From an uncultured Gammaproteobacteria bacterium (lineage in GTDB: Bacteria > Patescibacteriota > Microgenomatia > 2-02-FULL-39-11): DNA of 64,000 bases. The position numbers and the translations under genes are program-made. Of the stretch, positions 8,570-17,598 are shown one piece after another; the first letter of the stretch is position 1, and each line of letters starts with the position of its first letter. The notes beneath the pieces were generated by a model. The model searched no databases and was not told the origin of the DNA. It saw only the letters and a list, made by a program, of their open reading frames with translations. Location of the stretch: contig CAYGXQ010000001.1 of assembly GCA_964354025.1 (NCBI GenBank), positions 5,963 through 69,962 of the forward strand. Direction: 5' to 3'.

Positions 8570-10306
8570 ATGAAGATGAAAGTGGTCTACTTCCTGGGAA
8601 TAATCCTTATTTTAACCGGTATCTTTTTCCGCTTTTATAATCTCCGTTACAACAGCGAATTTGAGTGGGACCAGGAAAATTCGGTAGCTTATCCGGCCAG
8701 AGGCATTATTGTTGACCATAAATTACCGCTCATCGGCGCTAAAACAAGCGTCGGCAACCTCTACGTTGGCCCGCTTTACTCCTATCTGGCGGCCGTCTTT
8801 TTTTTCTCTTTCAAGATGGACCCGATTGCCGGAGTCTATTTGGCGGCGACGGTGTCAGTGATAACAATTCTTATTAGTTACTTGTTGATGAGAAAACTGG
8901 GAAAAGAGGCCGCTTTCTTTTTCACTCTTCTTTGGTCGACCTCGTCTTTGATGATTACCTATGACCGGATACCGTGGAATGTAAATCTATTGCCGCCGGC
9001 TGCCATTTTGACTTTTTTCGGGATGTATTTAACCAATTGGATTTTGCTCGGTTTAGGCATTTTTCTCGGGATTAACAGCCATTACAGTTTTATCTTTTTT
9101 ATTCTTGCCTGCGTCATATTTTTTGTTATCAACAGGAAATTAATTACCAGGTCGATCTGTTGGACAATCCTTCTATCACTTCTTGGGATACTGCCGCTTC
9201 TGATTTTTCATTTCCGTCACGGTAATTCTCTGGGAAATAACTTACAGCAATTTACCGTCTCTTCAATCAACGGATTTTCCCGTTTGGGCAGTTCATTTAT
9301 TTTTGCTTTTACCAATACCCTTGAATCCCAAATGGCGGTGGTTTTTGGCCGCGAATCCGGCTGGATAAAGGAAATTTTTGCCGCCATTTTTATTTATTTC
9401 CTGATTTTTTTCCGGCATCTCAAGCCCATAAGGAATTTCCTCAAAGTATTTTCCGTCATTTTTTTGATGTATCTGTTGGGCTTTACCGTTTATCACGGTC
9501 ACGCGCCCTCGTACTATTTTATCGGGCTTTATCCTATAGCTACCATTGGATTGGCTTTGGTTTTGGCGGAAATTAGCCGCAGGCTTGCCGCTTTATCAGT
9601 CCTGATCCTTTTTATCGCCTTTATGAATCTTATGCAGGCGTATCCGCTGGTTAAAAAGATAAGTCCGACGTCTTTGGGTACCAAACAGGATTTATTGAAA
9701 ACCATCAAGAATCTGGCCGGAGAAGAGAAAACCAGCCTTATCTATGATATGGATCTGGGGAACAGTTTCGGCTACAGTTTCCTGGCTGATTATTACCGGC
9801 TTAATCTAGTTTCCGGGGAAGAAACGAAAAACAAGTATTGGATCAGCCGGCCGGCCGGCCGTTTTCCCGGCCGGCCGGATTATACTTTTGGCGACTTTGC
9901 CTTAGGTTTGCCTCAAACAGTAGAGCGGATCTATGCTTCTAAAGAAGTGCTATTGTTTGGGGAATTATTCCGCATAAGAATTCCCAAAAACTGGACCGTA
10001 GTTCAATGTCAGGGAATTGATTTCGATAAGTATTTTTTGACCGCGGACAACAGTGTTTCATGCGATATTTTTCCTAAAGAAAGCAAAGGCATCACCATTA
10101 CCAATCTTCCGGATTGCAACCGGTCAAAATTTGCGGCAAGTCAATTAATAAAATCGCCGGGCGGGGAGGAATTATATCAAGTAAATAATCAGGAAATCGC
10201 CGGGATTTTTGAGGAAAACCGGTGTGTTTTCTTTACTGATCTGGATAAGAGTATCAACGGAGAGATTTCATCCGATTTAGCGACAATTATATTGTCGCTA
10301 AAATAA
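8570..10306 (+). CDS. GT-C (ArnT/PMT-like) membrane glycosyltransferase
   Basis: FRFYNL...WDQE, PLIGAKTS, GPLYSYL, PWN; many TM helices. Confidence 0.8.
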   Translation: MKMKVVYFLGIILILTGIFFRFYNLRYNSEFEWDQENSVAYPARGIIVDHKLPLIGAKTSVGNLYVGPLYSYLAAVFFFSFKMDPIAGVYLAATVSVITILISYLLMRKLGKEAAFFFTLLWSTSSLMITYDRIPWNVNLLPPAAILTFFGMYLTNWILLGLGIFLGINSHYSFIFFILACVIFFVINRKLITRSICWTILLSLLGILPLLIFHFRHGNSLGNNLQQFTVSSINGFSRLGSSFIFAFTNTLESQMAVVFGRESGWIKEIFAAIFIYFLIFFRHLKPIRNFLKVFSVIFLMYLLGFTVYHGHAPSYYFIGLYPIATIGLALVLAEISRRLAALSVLILFIAFMNLMQAYPLVKKISPTSLGTKQDLLKTIKNLAGEEKTSLIYDMDLGNSFGYSFLADYYRLNLVSGEETKNKYWISRPAGRFPGRPDYTFGDFALGLPQTVERIYASKEVLLFGELFRIRIPKNWTVVQCQGIDFDKYFLTADNSVSCDIFPKESKGITITNLPDCNRSKFAASQLIKSPGGEELYQVNNQEIAGIFEENRCVFFTDLDKSINGEISSDLATIILSLK

Positions 10307-10320
10307 TCCTATAGTAGTTA

Positions 10321-10542
10321 TTGACTATTAAGCGGGTTTGTGGTAAACTTCTTTTACAGATTTATTAAACCGATAAATCTGCTTATATCAGATTTAGTTT
10401 TAAAGAGTCAAGATAAAGATACCCGTTTGTAAAATACTTCGTATCTTTTCCGCTTTTTGAGAGACCACTTCTTATTTAGGCAGATTCATCTGTTTTATAC
10501 TTCGACTAAGCTCAGTATTATTAATATTAAAAAGGAGAAAAA
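10321..10542 (+). promoter_or_regulatory. Sigma70 promoter and about 190-nt structured leader of the RRM gene
   Basis: TTGACT-17-TAAACT at 10321-10349; hairpin CAGATTTAT..ATAAATCTG; AAGGAG SD. Confidence 0.55.
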
Positions 10543-10863
10543 ATGGCTAAAAATTTATTTGTCGGGAGCATCCCCTTTACCGTTGATGAAAATGCTTTGA
10601 ACCAGTTGTTCACCACCATCGGTCAGGTTCAATCAGTCAGCATCATTAAGGATAAATATACCGGATCCAGCCGCGGATTTGCTTTCGTAGAAATGGTTAA
10701 TGAGGAAGACGCAAAAAAAGCCATAGAACAATTGAATGGACATTTACTTGAAGGCAGAAACATCGTCGTCAAAGAGGCTTTGCCGAAACCTACCTATACC
10801 AACGGTCGAAGCGACGGAAGAAGCCGCGGCGGCTTTGGTAATCGTGGCAGCCGAAGGTATTGA
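10543..10863 (+). CDS. RRM (RNP-1) RNA-binding protein
   Basis: LFVGSI (RNP2), RGFAFVEM (RNP1), RG-rich tail. Confidence 0.95.
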   Translation: MAKNLFVGSIPFTVDENALNQLFTTIGQVQSVSIIKDKYTGSSRGFAFVEMVNEEDAKKAIEQLNGHLLEGRNIVVKEALPKPTYTNGRSDGRSRGGFGNRGSRRY

Positions 10864-10888
10864 ATTTAATTTAATTTAACAAATTCTT

Positions 10889-11143
10889 GTGAAAACACCT
10901 ACTAATCCGTGCATTCGCTGCGGTAAGGAACGTATTTTTTCCAAGAAATGGAAAGAATATATCGGTAAGTCATTGGTGACTTATACCGACAATATCTGTC
11001 CGGATCCCGAGTGCCAGAAAATTGTGGAAACCGGTCTCAAAGATAAAAAAGACCGCCTTGAGACAATCCAGGCCAATTCCTTAAGACGCAGGACGGAAAA
11101 CCGGAGAAATAGAAAATCCTCAAGTAAAAGACAGACCCGTTGA
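10889..11143 (+). CDS. Small basic protein with putative zinc-binding cysteines
   Basis: CIRCGK...CPDPEC; GTG start. Confidence 0.7.
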   Translation: MKTPTNPCIRCGKERIFSKKWKEYIGKSLVTYTDNICPDPECQKIVETGLKDKKDRLETIQANSLRRRTENRRNRKSSSKRQTR

Positions 11144-11187
11144 AGAAAGGCAGGTTGTTGTTCTATAATGATCTAAGATAGAAAAAT

Positions 11188-11721
11188 ATGAACACGGCTG
11201 CCCAAAACAATCCGCTATCCAATCAACCAAACCTTAACGAAATACTGATTTCCTGGACCAGCCCGGCTTACCCTTTCAAGAAAAGAAACCGGATTTTTTA
11301 CCAGACGATTGCCGCCCTGACTCTACTTCTGGTGGTTATTGTTTTTTTCCTGCATGAGTTTTTACTAATCGGTGTGATTTTGTCTATCGCCTTTGTCGTT
11401 TATGTTATTTCCACTATCCCGCCGCTTGAGACGGAGCACCGGATTACTCCTTTGGGGTTTGAAAATGCGGGGCGGATGTTCCGCTGGATAGAACTTTATT
11501 CTTTCTGGTTTGAAAGCAAATGGGAAGAAAGAGTACTGGTAATCCAGACGAGATTGCCTTTTCCGGCGCAACTGCGTGCGGTTGTGCGCGGAGTTGAGGA
11601 GAAAAAGCTGAAGGAGATTATCGGCAAATACCTTCTTTTTCAAGAAAAACCGCCGAAAAGCGTGGTTGATAATTTTTCCGACTGGCTGTCCAAAAAAATC
11701 CCCATGGAGTCGGAAAGCTAA
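11188..11721 (+). CDS. Two-TM membrane protein with PH-like soluble domain
   Basis: Hydrophobic hairpin followed by ITPLGF...FRW..LYSFWF. Confidence 0.7.
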   Translation: MNTAAQNNPLSNQPNLNEILISWTSPAYPFKKRNRIFYQTIAALTLLLVVIVFFLHEFLLIGVILSIAFVVYVISTIPPLETEHRITPLGFENAGRMFRWIELYSFWFESKWEERVLVIQTRLPFPAQLRAVVRGVEEKKLKEIIGKYLLFQEKPPKSVVDNFSDWLSKKIPMESES

Positions 11722-11775
11722 GGTTACTCCTCAAAGTGGCGTATTTACCTTCCAGATAATATAATAGGTAGTAAT

Positions 11776-11847
11776 GTTCCCGTAGCTCAACGGATAGAGC
11801 GCGGCCCTGCGGAGGCTGAAATACCAGTTCGATTCTGGTCGGGAACG
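11776..11847 (+). tRNA. tRNA-Arg(GCG)
   Basis: GTTCCCG/CGGGAAC acceptor; CGGCC-CTGCGGA-GGCTG anticodon arm; GGATA D-loop (A20). Confidence 0.93.
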
Positions 11848-11853
11848 CAAAAA

Positions 11854-11939
11854 GGAGAGTTGGCTGAGCGGTTCAAAGCGACGGTCTCGAAAACCGTTCT
11901 CCCGTAAGGGAGGCGCAGGTTCAAATCCTGCACTCTCCG
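11854..11939 (+). tRNA. tRNA-Ser(CGA)
   Basis: GGAGAGT/ACTCTCC acceptor; ACGGT-CTCGAAA-ACCGT; long variable arm. Confidence 0.96.
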
Positions 11940-12071
11940 CAAAATCTGAAAATTTCAATTAATATAGATTGTTATATAGCCTCAAAACTCATTTTAGGTT
12001 CTAACACTATGACGGGCTGTCTCAAAATTCCTAATTCTTAAAATATCCGTTTGAGATGTATAATTCACTAT

Positions 12072-13193
12072 ATGGCAATTGAATTAATTGGAATGACTGG
12101 TGGGCATCCAGAACAACTAAATCCTACTTTCGTTAATCCTGCAGTAATGGCGGTAGTAAATAATGCTAATTTGGAAAGAATTATTGCAAAAGGTTTAAAT
12201 GTATCTGACAGTGGACAAATTCCAATTACGGATGTAAGGGATCTTATTCAAATGAGTCAAGAGATAAGGACCGCCAGTAGAAAAGAGGTAGGAGGATTTA
12301 AAGAAATAGTCGTATATCTAGGTAAAAAAAGTCATGATATCAGTCGAGGAGTTGGTGCTGTTTCATTCGTAGGGGTAGAAAGAAGTGTTCCAATCCCTTT
12401 TGCTGGTCAAACAAGCGCAATTCTTGATGATCTTAGTCCTGAATCTGATATTTTAATAGTTCATTTACACCCAGAATCCCCAGAAGCAAGCAATGAAGAT
12501 TTAAGCGCATTACAAACAATCGCTAGAGCTTTATCAGTAAAATCAGATAGAAATATAAGAGCTTCCTTATTAATTATTGGGGATAAAGATAATGAGGAGA
12601 TACTCTACACTTTTGATTCCAGAGGCAAATATATGACTGTTATTTTGGAGAATTTACTTGCCAGAGAACGGTTATCCCCGCCTCTTTTAGATAAACTTTT
12701 TCTATTAATATACAGAGGTGATCGTTTTGATAAAGCAGCAGATGCTTATCAGTCAACATGGTATCGGGATAATAAATTATATCCGCCGGAAATTCCAGGA
12801 ATAGGTCTTCTTCTACCCGGTTATTTAAATTCTACACCCCAAACTGCGTCTATTCCAGATCAGGCAATTATTGCTGAACCAAAGTCGAATTTACTAGTTT
12901 TACGTAATACTGGAGATACAGGAAAGTGGCCTGTTATATATATTGAAAAAGATGGAATTGTTCAACCTCTTGAGCGTCAATATAATGGAAAACAATATTG
13001 TTATCTATTAAATGGGATACCCTATTTTGCAGCGCCAAATAGTTTTATTCTTACTTCTGGAGTGAAAATTGGTATTCCTCAGGGAGGAATAAAGGTTGCA
13101 GATTATAAAATTAATCTAACTGGAGGAAGAAATATTCATGAAATTGATATACTTGCTGTGCCAAAAGACTCACTTCCGAGGGAAGCAAAATAG
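12072..13193 (+). CDS. AT-rich hypothetical protein with possible JAB/MPN-like domain
   Basis: KEVGG ... HLHPESPEASNED; ATG 12072 follows TATAAT. Confidence 0.6.
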   Translation: MAIELIGMTGGHPEQLNPTFVNPAVMAVVNNANLERIIAKGLNVSDSGQIPITDVRDLIQMSQEIRTASRKEVGGFKEIVVYLGKKSHDISRGVGAVSFVGVERSVPIPFAGQTSAILDDLSPESDILIVHLHPESPEASNEDLSALQTIARALSVKSDRNIRASLLIIGDKDNEEILYTFDSRGKYMTVILENLLARERLSPPLLDKLFLLIYRGDRFDKAADAYQSTWYRDNKLYPPEIPGIGLLLPGYLNSTPQTASIPDQAIIAEPKSNLLVLRNTGDTGKWPVIYIEKDGIVQPLERQYNGKQYCYLLNGIPYFAAPNSFILTSGVKIGIPQGGIKVADYKINLTGGRNIHEIDILAVPKDSLPREAK

Positions 13194-13283
13194 ATTTTAA
13201 TACTGTAAATGGTTCTCCGTCTGGTGCGGGACAAATCCCTCTCCCACCGCATAAAGAGGAAGATTGCCATCTGACGGAAAAAT

Positions 13284-14567
13284 TTAAGATAAATAATTAT
13301 TATCAATTACCCACTTATAAACAGGGATTACTTTTATAATCTGTTTCTTATCCGGTATTTCCTGCTCGGTATTATAAGTCAATATCAAACCGCTGGTTAC
13401 TTTTAATTCTTCCATTGCCTGCTTTAGACTGTCGATCTCTCTTTTCTTCGTCATTTCATCATGTAAATCCCAACATACCTGAATCAGCGCTTTTTTCCTG
13501 TTTGGCAGTTTAATCAAAAAATCAATTTCTTTATTATTCCCGGTTTTATAAAAATAGGTTTCACAACCTTTTCTTAATAACTCCAGAAAAACGCACTGTT
13601 CCATAATTCTTCCCTTATCTTCTGAAAATCTGAAGGAGACGGTATTTGCCAGTCCGCAATCAACGGAATATATCTTTTTGCTAGCTTTTTGTTGAAACTT
13701 GAGAGAATAGGAAAATTGAGACAGTTCAAACGTTAAAAATGCTTCATTGAAATAATTCAGATAATCAGAAATAGTTTCAAAAGAAAGGGAAAAAGTTTTT
13801 TTCAGTGATTCTATAGAAACAGTTTTTGCGGAGTTGGTAATAAGAAATATTCCCATTTTTTCCAGAGTATCTTTTTGCCGCACATCATATCTCATAACAA
13901 TATCTTTCTGGATGATATCAAAATAATATTGTTTTAATAGAGAAAGATTTCCTGTTTTGACTATTTCAGGAAATCCGCCGATTAACAGATATTCATCAAA
14001 ATTTTTAAGTAAAGTTTTTTCCTTGAGTATCAAATCCTTTTTACTTTCTACTTTTATTTCCTTAAAAGATAGAAATTCGCTGAAGGATAAAGGCAGTACC
14101 GAATATGAGATATGCCTGCCGGTAAGCAGAGTGGATAATTCCCGGCTTAACAATTTTGAAGAGGAACCGGTAAGAAAAATTTTATAATTCCCGCCGTCTC
14201 TTAATTTTCTCACCGCGCTTTCCCAATGATTCACGGCGTGGATTTCATCAAAGAAAAGATATTTCAGATTTTGACTGAAATATTCTTTCTGGACTGAGAT
14301 CAATTCTTCTATAACTTCAGGTGAATTATGGGAAACAAAATAAGGATCTTCAAAATTGATAAACAGAAAATCATCAGTGAGTTTTAATTTTTTGATCAGC
14401 AGTTTCAGAATTGATGACTTACCGCTTCTTCTGGGACCAATAATGTCGATCGCTTCCTTGCTTTTATAATCGATATGATCCACAACAGGACGATAATGTA
14501 GGTCTTCCTCATAAGCAGTCTTTTTCCAGAAGTCTATAATTTTGACCAATTGTTGGGTATCATACAT
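13284..14567 (-). CDS. AAA_14/DUF4143 family ATPase
   Basis: GPRRSGKS, FFDEIH, LTGSS, GGFPE, EIDF..IQV. Confidence 0.93.
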   Translation of the reverse strand: MYDTQQLVKIIDFWKKTAYEEDLHYRPVVDHIDYKSKEAIDIIGPRRSGKSSILKLLIKKLKLTDDFLFINFEDPYFVSHNSPEVIEELISVQKEYFSQNLKYLFFDEIHAVNHWESAVRKLRDGGNYKIFLTGSSSKLLSRELSTLLTGRHISYSVLPLSFSEFLSFKEIKVESKKDLILKEKTLLKNFDEYLLIGGFPEIVKTGNLSLLKQYYFDIIQKDIVMRYDVRQKDTLEKMGIFLITNSAKTVSIESLKKTFSLSFETISDYLNYFNEAFLTFELSQFSYSLKFQQKASKKIYSVDCGLANTVSFRFSEDKGRIMEQCVFLELLRKGCETYFYKTGNNKEIDFLIKLPNRKKALIQVCWDLHDEMTKKREIDSLKQAMEELKVTSGLILTYNTEQEIPDKKQIIKVIPVYKWVIDNNYLS

Positions 14568-14626
14568 ACTAGAGTATAGTTTACTATAATATTAGATTAT
14601 AGTCAAGTATAGTTGATGATATCTTG

Positions 14627-15886
14627 TTACTTCATCCGCTTCTGGAGGTCTGATTCGACTGTCTGGCGGTCTTCTCCGAATTTCTTTTGGGATTGGATTT
14701 TAAACTCCTCAACTTTCGCTTTGTCAGGTTTATTTTCCGGTAAATTTTGTTCAAAATTGACCGGTTCTTCTTTAATGGCGACATTTCCCTCCTGAAGCGT
14801 TTTGAGATAAGCCTGGTATTTTTTAAGGAGACAAAGTTTGTCGACCGTGATATTTTGGGAATGAAATTCGGGTGCAACTACCTGAGCCTCTTCCGTTGTT
14901 TGTCTGAAAGAGACAAGCGTACCGACTTTTGATAAAGCTCTTTTAAGCGGAAGAGACGCTTCAGAGATTTTATTGGTCGTCAGAGTAAGGTTAATGCCGT
15001 ATCTTCGGTTTTCCATTAATAAATCGCACATTAAGGTTGTTGGCCAGGCTGAAGCTTCATCTATATAAAGATTAACGATTGGATTGCCGGCGGAATGTTC
15101 CAAATAATTGATGAGCTTAAAAAGAAGGATAGTAGTAATGATTTTATTGACATCGCTATTTTTCTTGAGGTTTTTGAAATCAAAGAGAATGATTTGATAA
15201 TTTGAAAAAAGTGACGGAAAAGAAAAGGTTGATTTTGGTTGTCCCAGAATATAGCGCATGGATTTATCGGTCACAAACAGACCGAGTTTTGAAACGATAT
15301 AATCCAATACTTCTGATTTATGAAAGTCAGAGGTTTGGGCGACCTGCTTATTCCAGTAATTCAGGACAATAGGATCCTGCACTTTCGGTAAAATATTTTT
15401 TAAGTACGAAGCATCCGTCAAACAGCGGAGAAGTTCGACAAAAGAAGCATTTTCGTCGTACAGAATTGTTAAAATGGCATTTCTGACCGCGTGTTCGAAA
15501 CGCGGTCCGATGACGCCGGTATGTTTCGGGTCATACAAATCATACATGAGGCTGATCAGGATATTGGCGATTTGTTGTCTGTTTTTCTCGTCTTTTTCTT
15601 CAAACAGATTAAGGCCAACAGGAAAGTCATTATTGCCCAGGTCCAGATAAGCGATTTTTGGCAACGTTTCGTTATCAGCACTGGTAATAATTTCTTCAGC
15701 CAGATCGCCATACTGATCGAATACGACAATGGGACAGGAGGAACGGATATCCTGATTGATTAAATTAAAAAAATATCTGGAAACACCGACTCCGGGAATA
15801 CCGGTGACAAGGATATTTCTTGACCGGTCGTCCGGGGACAAAAAAAGATTTTTAAAAATTTCCAGACCGTTAGTTGGATTATTCAT
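14627..15886 (-). CDS. VirD4/TrwB/HerA-like P-loop protein with degenerate Walker A
   Basis: GIPGVGVS, FDQYGDL, GPRFEH, LYIDEA, ENRRYGINLTL. Confidence 0.7.
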   Translation of the reverse strand: MNNPTNGLEIFKNLFLSPDDRSRNILVTGIPGVGVSRYFFNLINQDIRSSCPIVVFDQYGDLAEEIITSADNETLPKIAYLDLGNNDFPVGLNLFEEKDEKNRQQIANILISLMYDLYDPKHTGVIGPRFEHAVRNAILTILYDENASFVELLRCLTDASYLKNILPKVQDPIVLNYWNKQVAQTSDFHKSEVLDYIVSKLGLFVTDKSMRYILGQPKSTFSFPSLFSNYQIILFDFKNLKKNSDVNKIITTILLFKLINYLEHSAGNPIVNLYIDEASAWPTTLMCDLLMENRRYGINLTLTTNKISEASLPLKRALSKVGTLVSFRQTTEEAQVVAPEFHSQNITVDKLCLLKKYQAYLKTLQEGNVAIKEEPVNFEQNLPENKPDKAKVEEFKIQSQKKFGEDRQTVESDLQKRMK

Positions 15887-15990
15887 ATATTTATATACTA
15901 ACAAATTGGTTTTATTATTCAACGGTCAGTCTTAAAACACACATTTGACAACGGATATAATGTAGTATATAGTATATACATAGAGAAATT

Positions 15991-16281
15991 ATGGGAAGTG
16001 AGAATATTACGAATTTTCAATGGGACAAGGGAAATATCGGGAAAAACCTTAAACATAAAGTGATGGATGAAGAGACAGAACAGGTATTTTTTGATAAGAA
16101 TAAAGTAATTTCAGAAGATATCGCTCACTCGCAAAAAGAAAAAAGATATATCATTATCGGTAAAACGAAAGAAGGAAGGTTACTTTATACAGTATATACA
16201 TTTAGAGGAAACAAGATAAGAGTCGTTTCCTCAAGAGATATTAATAAAAAGGAGGTTCATTTTTATGAAAAAGCCGCTTAA
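15991..16281 (+). CDS. BrnT family toxin
   Basis: FQWDKGN..KNLKH, EKRY..IG, IRVVSSR; TTGACA-17-TATAGT upstream. Confidence 0.92.
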   Translation: MGSENITNFQWDKGNIGKNLKHKVMDEETEQVFFDKNKVISEDIAHSQKEKRYIIIGKTKEGRLLYTVYTFRGNKIRVVSSRDINKKEVHFYEKAA

Positions 16282-16531
16282 ATTGCCAAAATTTAAGAAT
16301 GAGGAGGAAGAAAGAAAATATTGGTGGAATCTGGACCTTTCCGGATATTTTGAACCGTCTGATTTCAAAAAAGGCGTGACATTTCCGAATCTTAAGCCAA
16401 CTACCACTCCCATTTCTATCCGTATTCCGAAGTACCTTTTAAATCGGGTCAAAGAAAAAGCAAATGAACTGGCGATGCCTTATCAGAGCCTGATTAAGCA
16501 GTATATTCAAAAAGGAGTGATGGCAAGATAA
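16265..16531 (+). CDS. BrnA/CopG family antitoxin
   Basis: LPKFKNEEEE..W, ISIRIP, PYQSLIK; overlaps the toxin gene. Confidence 0.9.
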   Translation: MKKPLKLPKFKNEEEERKYWWNLDLSGYFEPSDFKKGVTFPNLKPTTTPISIRIPKYLLNRVKEKANELAMPYQSLIKQYIQKGVMAR

Positions 16532-16550
16532 AATAAACAAGAGAATCAAT

Positions 16551-17030
16551 ATGATCAAAGAATTTTCCGCCGGAGGAATTGTTTATAAGCGTAAAGCGGA
16601 AAGCGTAAAGCGGAAAGCCAGTGATGTTGTTTGGTTAGTATGTCAACATTCGCAGCATAAGGGCTGGGTTTTTCCGAAAGGCTTTATCGGCGACCACCCT
16701 TCGACAAGCTCAGGGCAAGCAGAATCTGAAGAAGAAGCGGCTTTGCGGGAAGTGGAAGAGGAGACTGGCGTCAAAGGCAAAATCTTAGCCAAACTGCCCA
16801 AACCCGCCGGATATTTTTACGTTTGGAAAGGCGAGAAACGTTTTAAAACCGTCTATTATTTCCTGATGGAATATGCAGGAGGAGACATAAAAAACCATGA
16901 TTTCGAAATGATGAAAGTCGAATGGTGGCCGAGGGAGAAAGTGGAAAAAAGTTTGACGTATAAGTCCGATAAGACCGCCTTTGCCGAAGCGTTAAAATTA
17001 TTTAATGATGCGGAGTACAATAAATCCTGA
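16551..17030 (+). CDS. NUDIX hydrolase with two repeat-derived in-frame insertions
   Basis: SAGGIV, FPKG, AALREVEEETG Nudix box. Confidence 0.92.
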   Translation: MIKEFSAGGIVYKRKAESVKRKASDVVWLVCQHSQHKGWVFPKGFIGDHPSTSSGQAESEEEAALREVEEETGVKGKILAKLPKPAGYFYVWKGEKRFKTVYYFLMEYAGGDIKNHDFEMMKVEWWPREKVEKSLTYKSDKTAFAEALKLFNDAEYNKS

Positions 17031-17088
17031 TTAAATCGGGATTTAAACACTCCAGCAAAGTTTAATCTTCGAAGAAGATTATTACTTT

Positions 17089-17275
17089 GCGCCTGTAGCT
17101 TAACTGGACCTGCCCGCAAATGCCTCGCATAGCGATGTCAGGCGGGTAGAGCATCCCGATTTGCTCCCGTAGCTTAATGGATAGAGTAGTGGTTTCCGGA
17201 ACCGCTGATGCCAGTCCGATTCTGGCCGGGAGCGCAACATCGGGGCGGTTGGAGGTTCGAGTCCTCTCAGGCGCG
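17089..17275 (+). pseudogene. Interrupted tRNA (Arg-like body) with a 38-nt D-loop insertion and a nested tRNA in the anticodon arm
   Basis: GCGCCTG/CAGGCGC-G acceptor; GCTT/GAGC D stem; GGAGG-TTCGAGT-CCTCT T arm; TCCCG/CGGGG stem encloses 17163-17234. Confidence 0.8.
17163..17234 (+). tRNA. tRNA-Arg(CCG), nested
   Basis: GCTCCCG/CGGGAGC acceptor; GTGGT-TTCCGGA-ACCGC; T loop TCCGATT (variant). Confidence 0.88.
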
Positions 17276-17373
17276 CAGAAGTGAATGATATAAAAATAAT
17301 ATTCTTTAATCAAAAAGCAGAAAAATTGGGAAAAGAGCTGCTTAATAAGTTATAATACAGTTTAATACATACT

Positions 17374-17459
17374 GGAGAGGTGTGATAATTGGTAGTCGGC
17401 GCGCTTGGAAAGCGCGTGTCTCGGAAACGAGATTACGGGTTCGAGCCCCGTCCTCTCCG
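17374..17459 (+). tRNA. tRNA-Ser(GGA)
   Basis: GGAGAGG/CCTCTCC; CGCGC-TTGGAAA-GCGCG; long variable arm. Confidence 0.95.
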
Positions 17460-17502
17460 CAAGAAAAAGGTACCGTAAGAAATGGACTTCTATTTCGGCT
17501 TA

Positions 17503-17560
17503 AATTCCTTATGTGTCAAGCTAATACAAACCTGGTGTGGATATAATGGTGTGGATATAA
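17503..17560. repeat. 43-bp dispersed repeat, copy 2, with a 14-bp tandem duplication
   Basis: Matches 7205-7247; TGGTGTGGATATAA twice (17533-17560). Confidence 0.75.
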
Positions 17561-17598
17561 TAATTGATATCGGTAGCTGTTAGCTGTACCATATAAAT

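Noticed and set aside
11731-11958. 75-aa minus-strand ORF
   Set aside because: Antisense shadow of tRNA-Arg(GCG) and tRNA-Ser(CGA)
17158-17240. Group I or BHB intron interpretation of the anticodon-arm insert
   Set aside because: Too short for group I, folds as a full cloverleaf, and no excision restores an Arg anticodon
17062-17313. 83-aa minus-strand ORF
   Set aside because: Antisense shadow of the nested tRNA locus
3400-17373. T-boxes upstream of the Ser and Arg tRNA genes
   Set aside because: Short AT-rich promoter-like spacers only; no TGGNACC antiterminator seen
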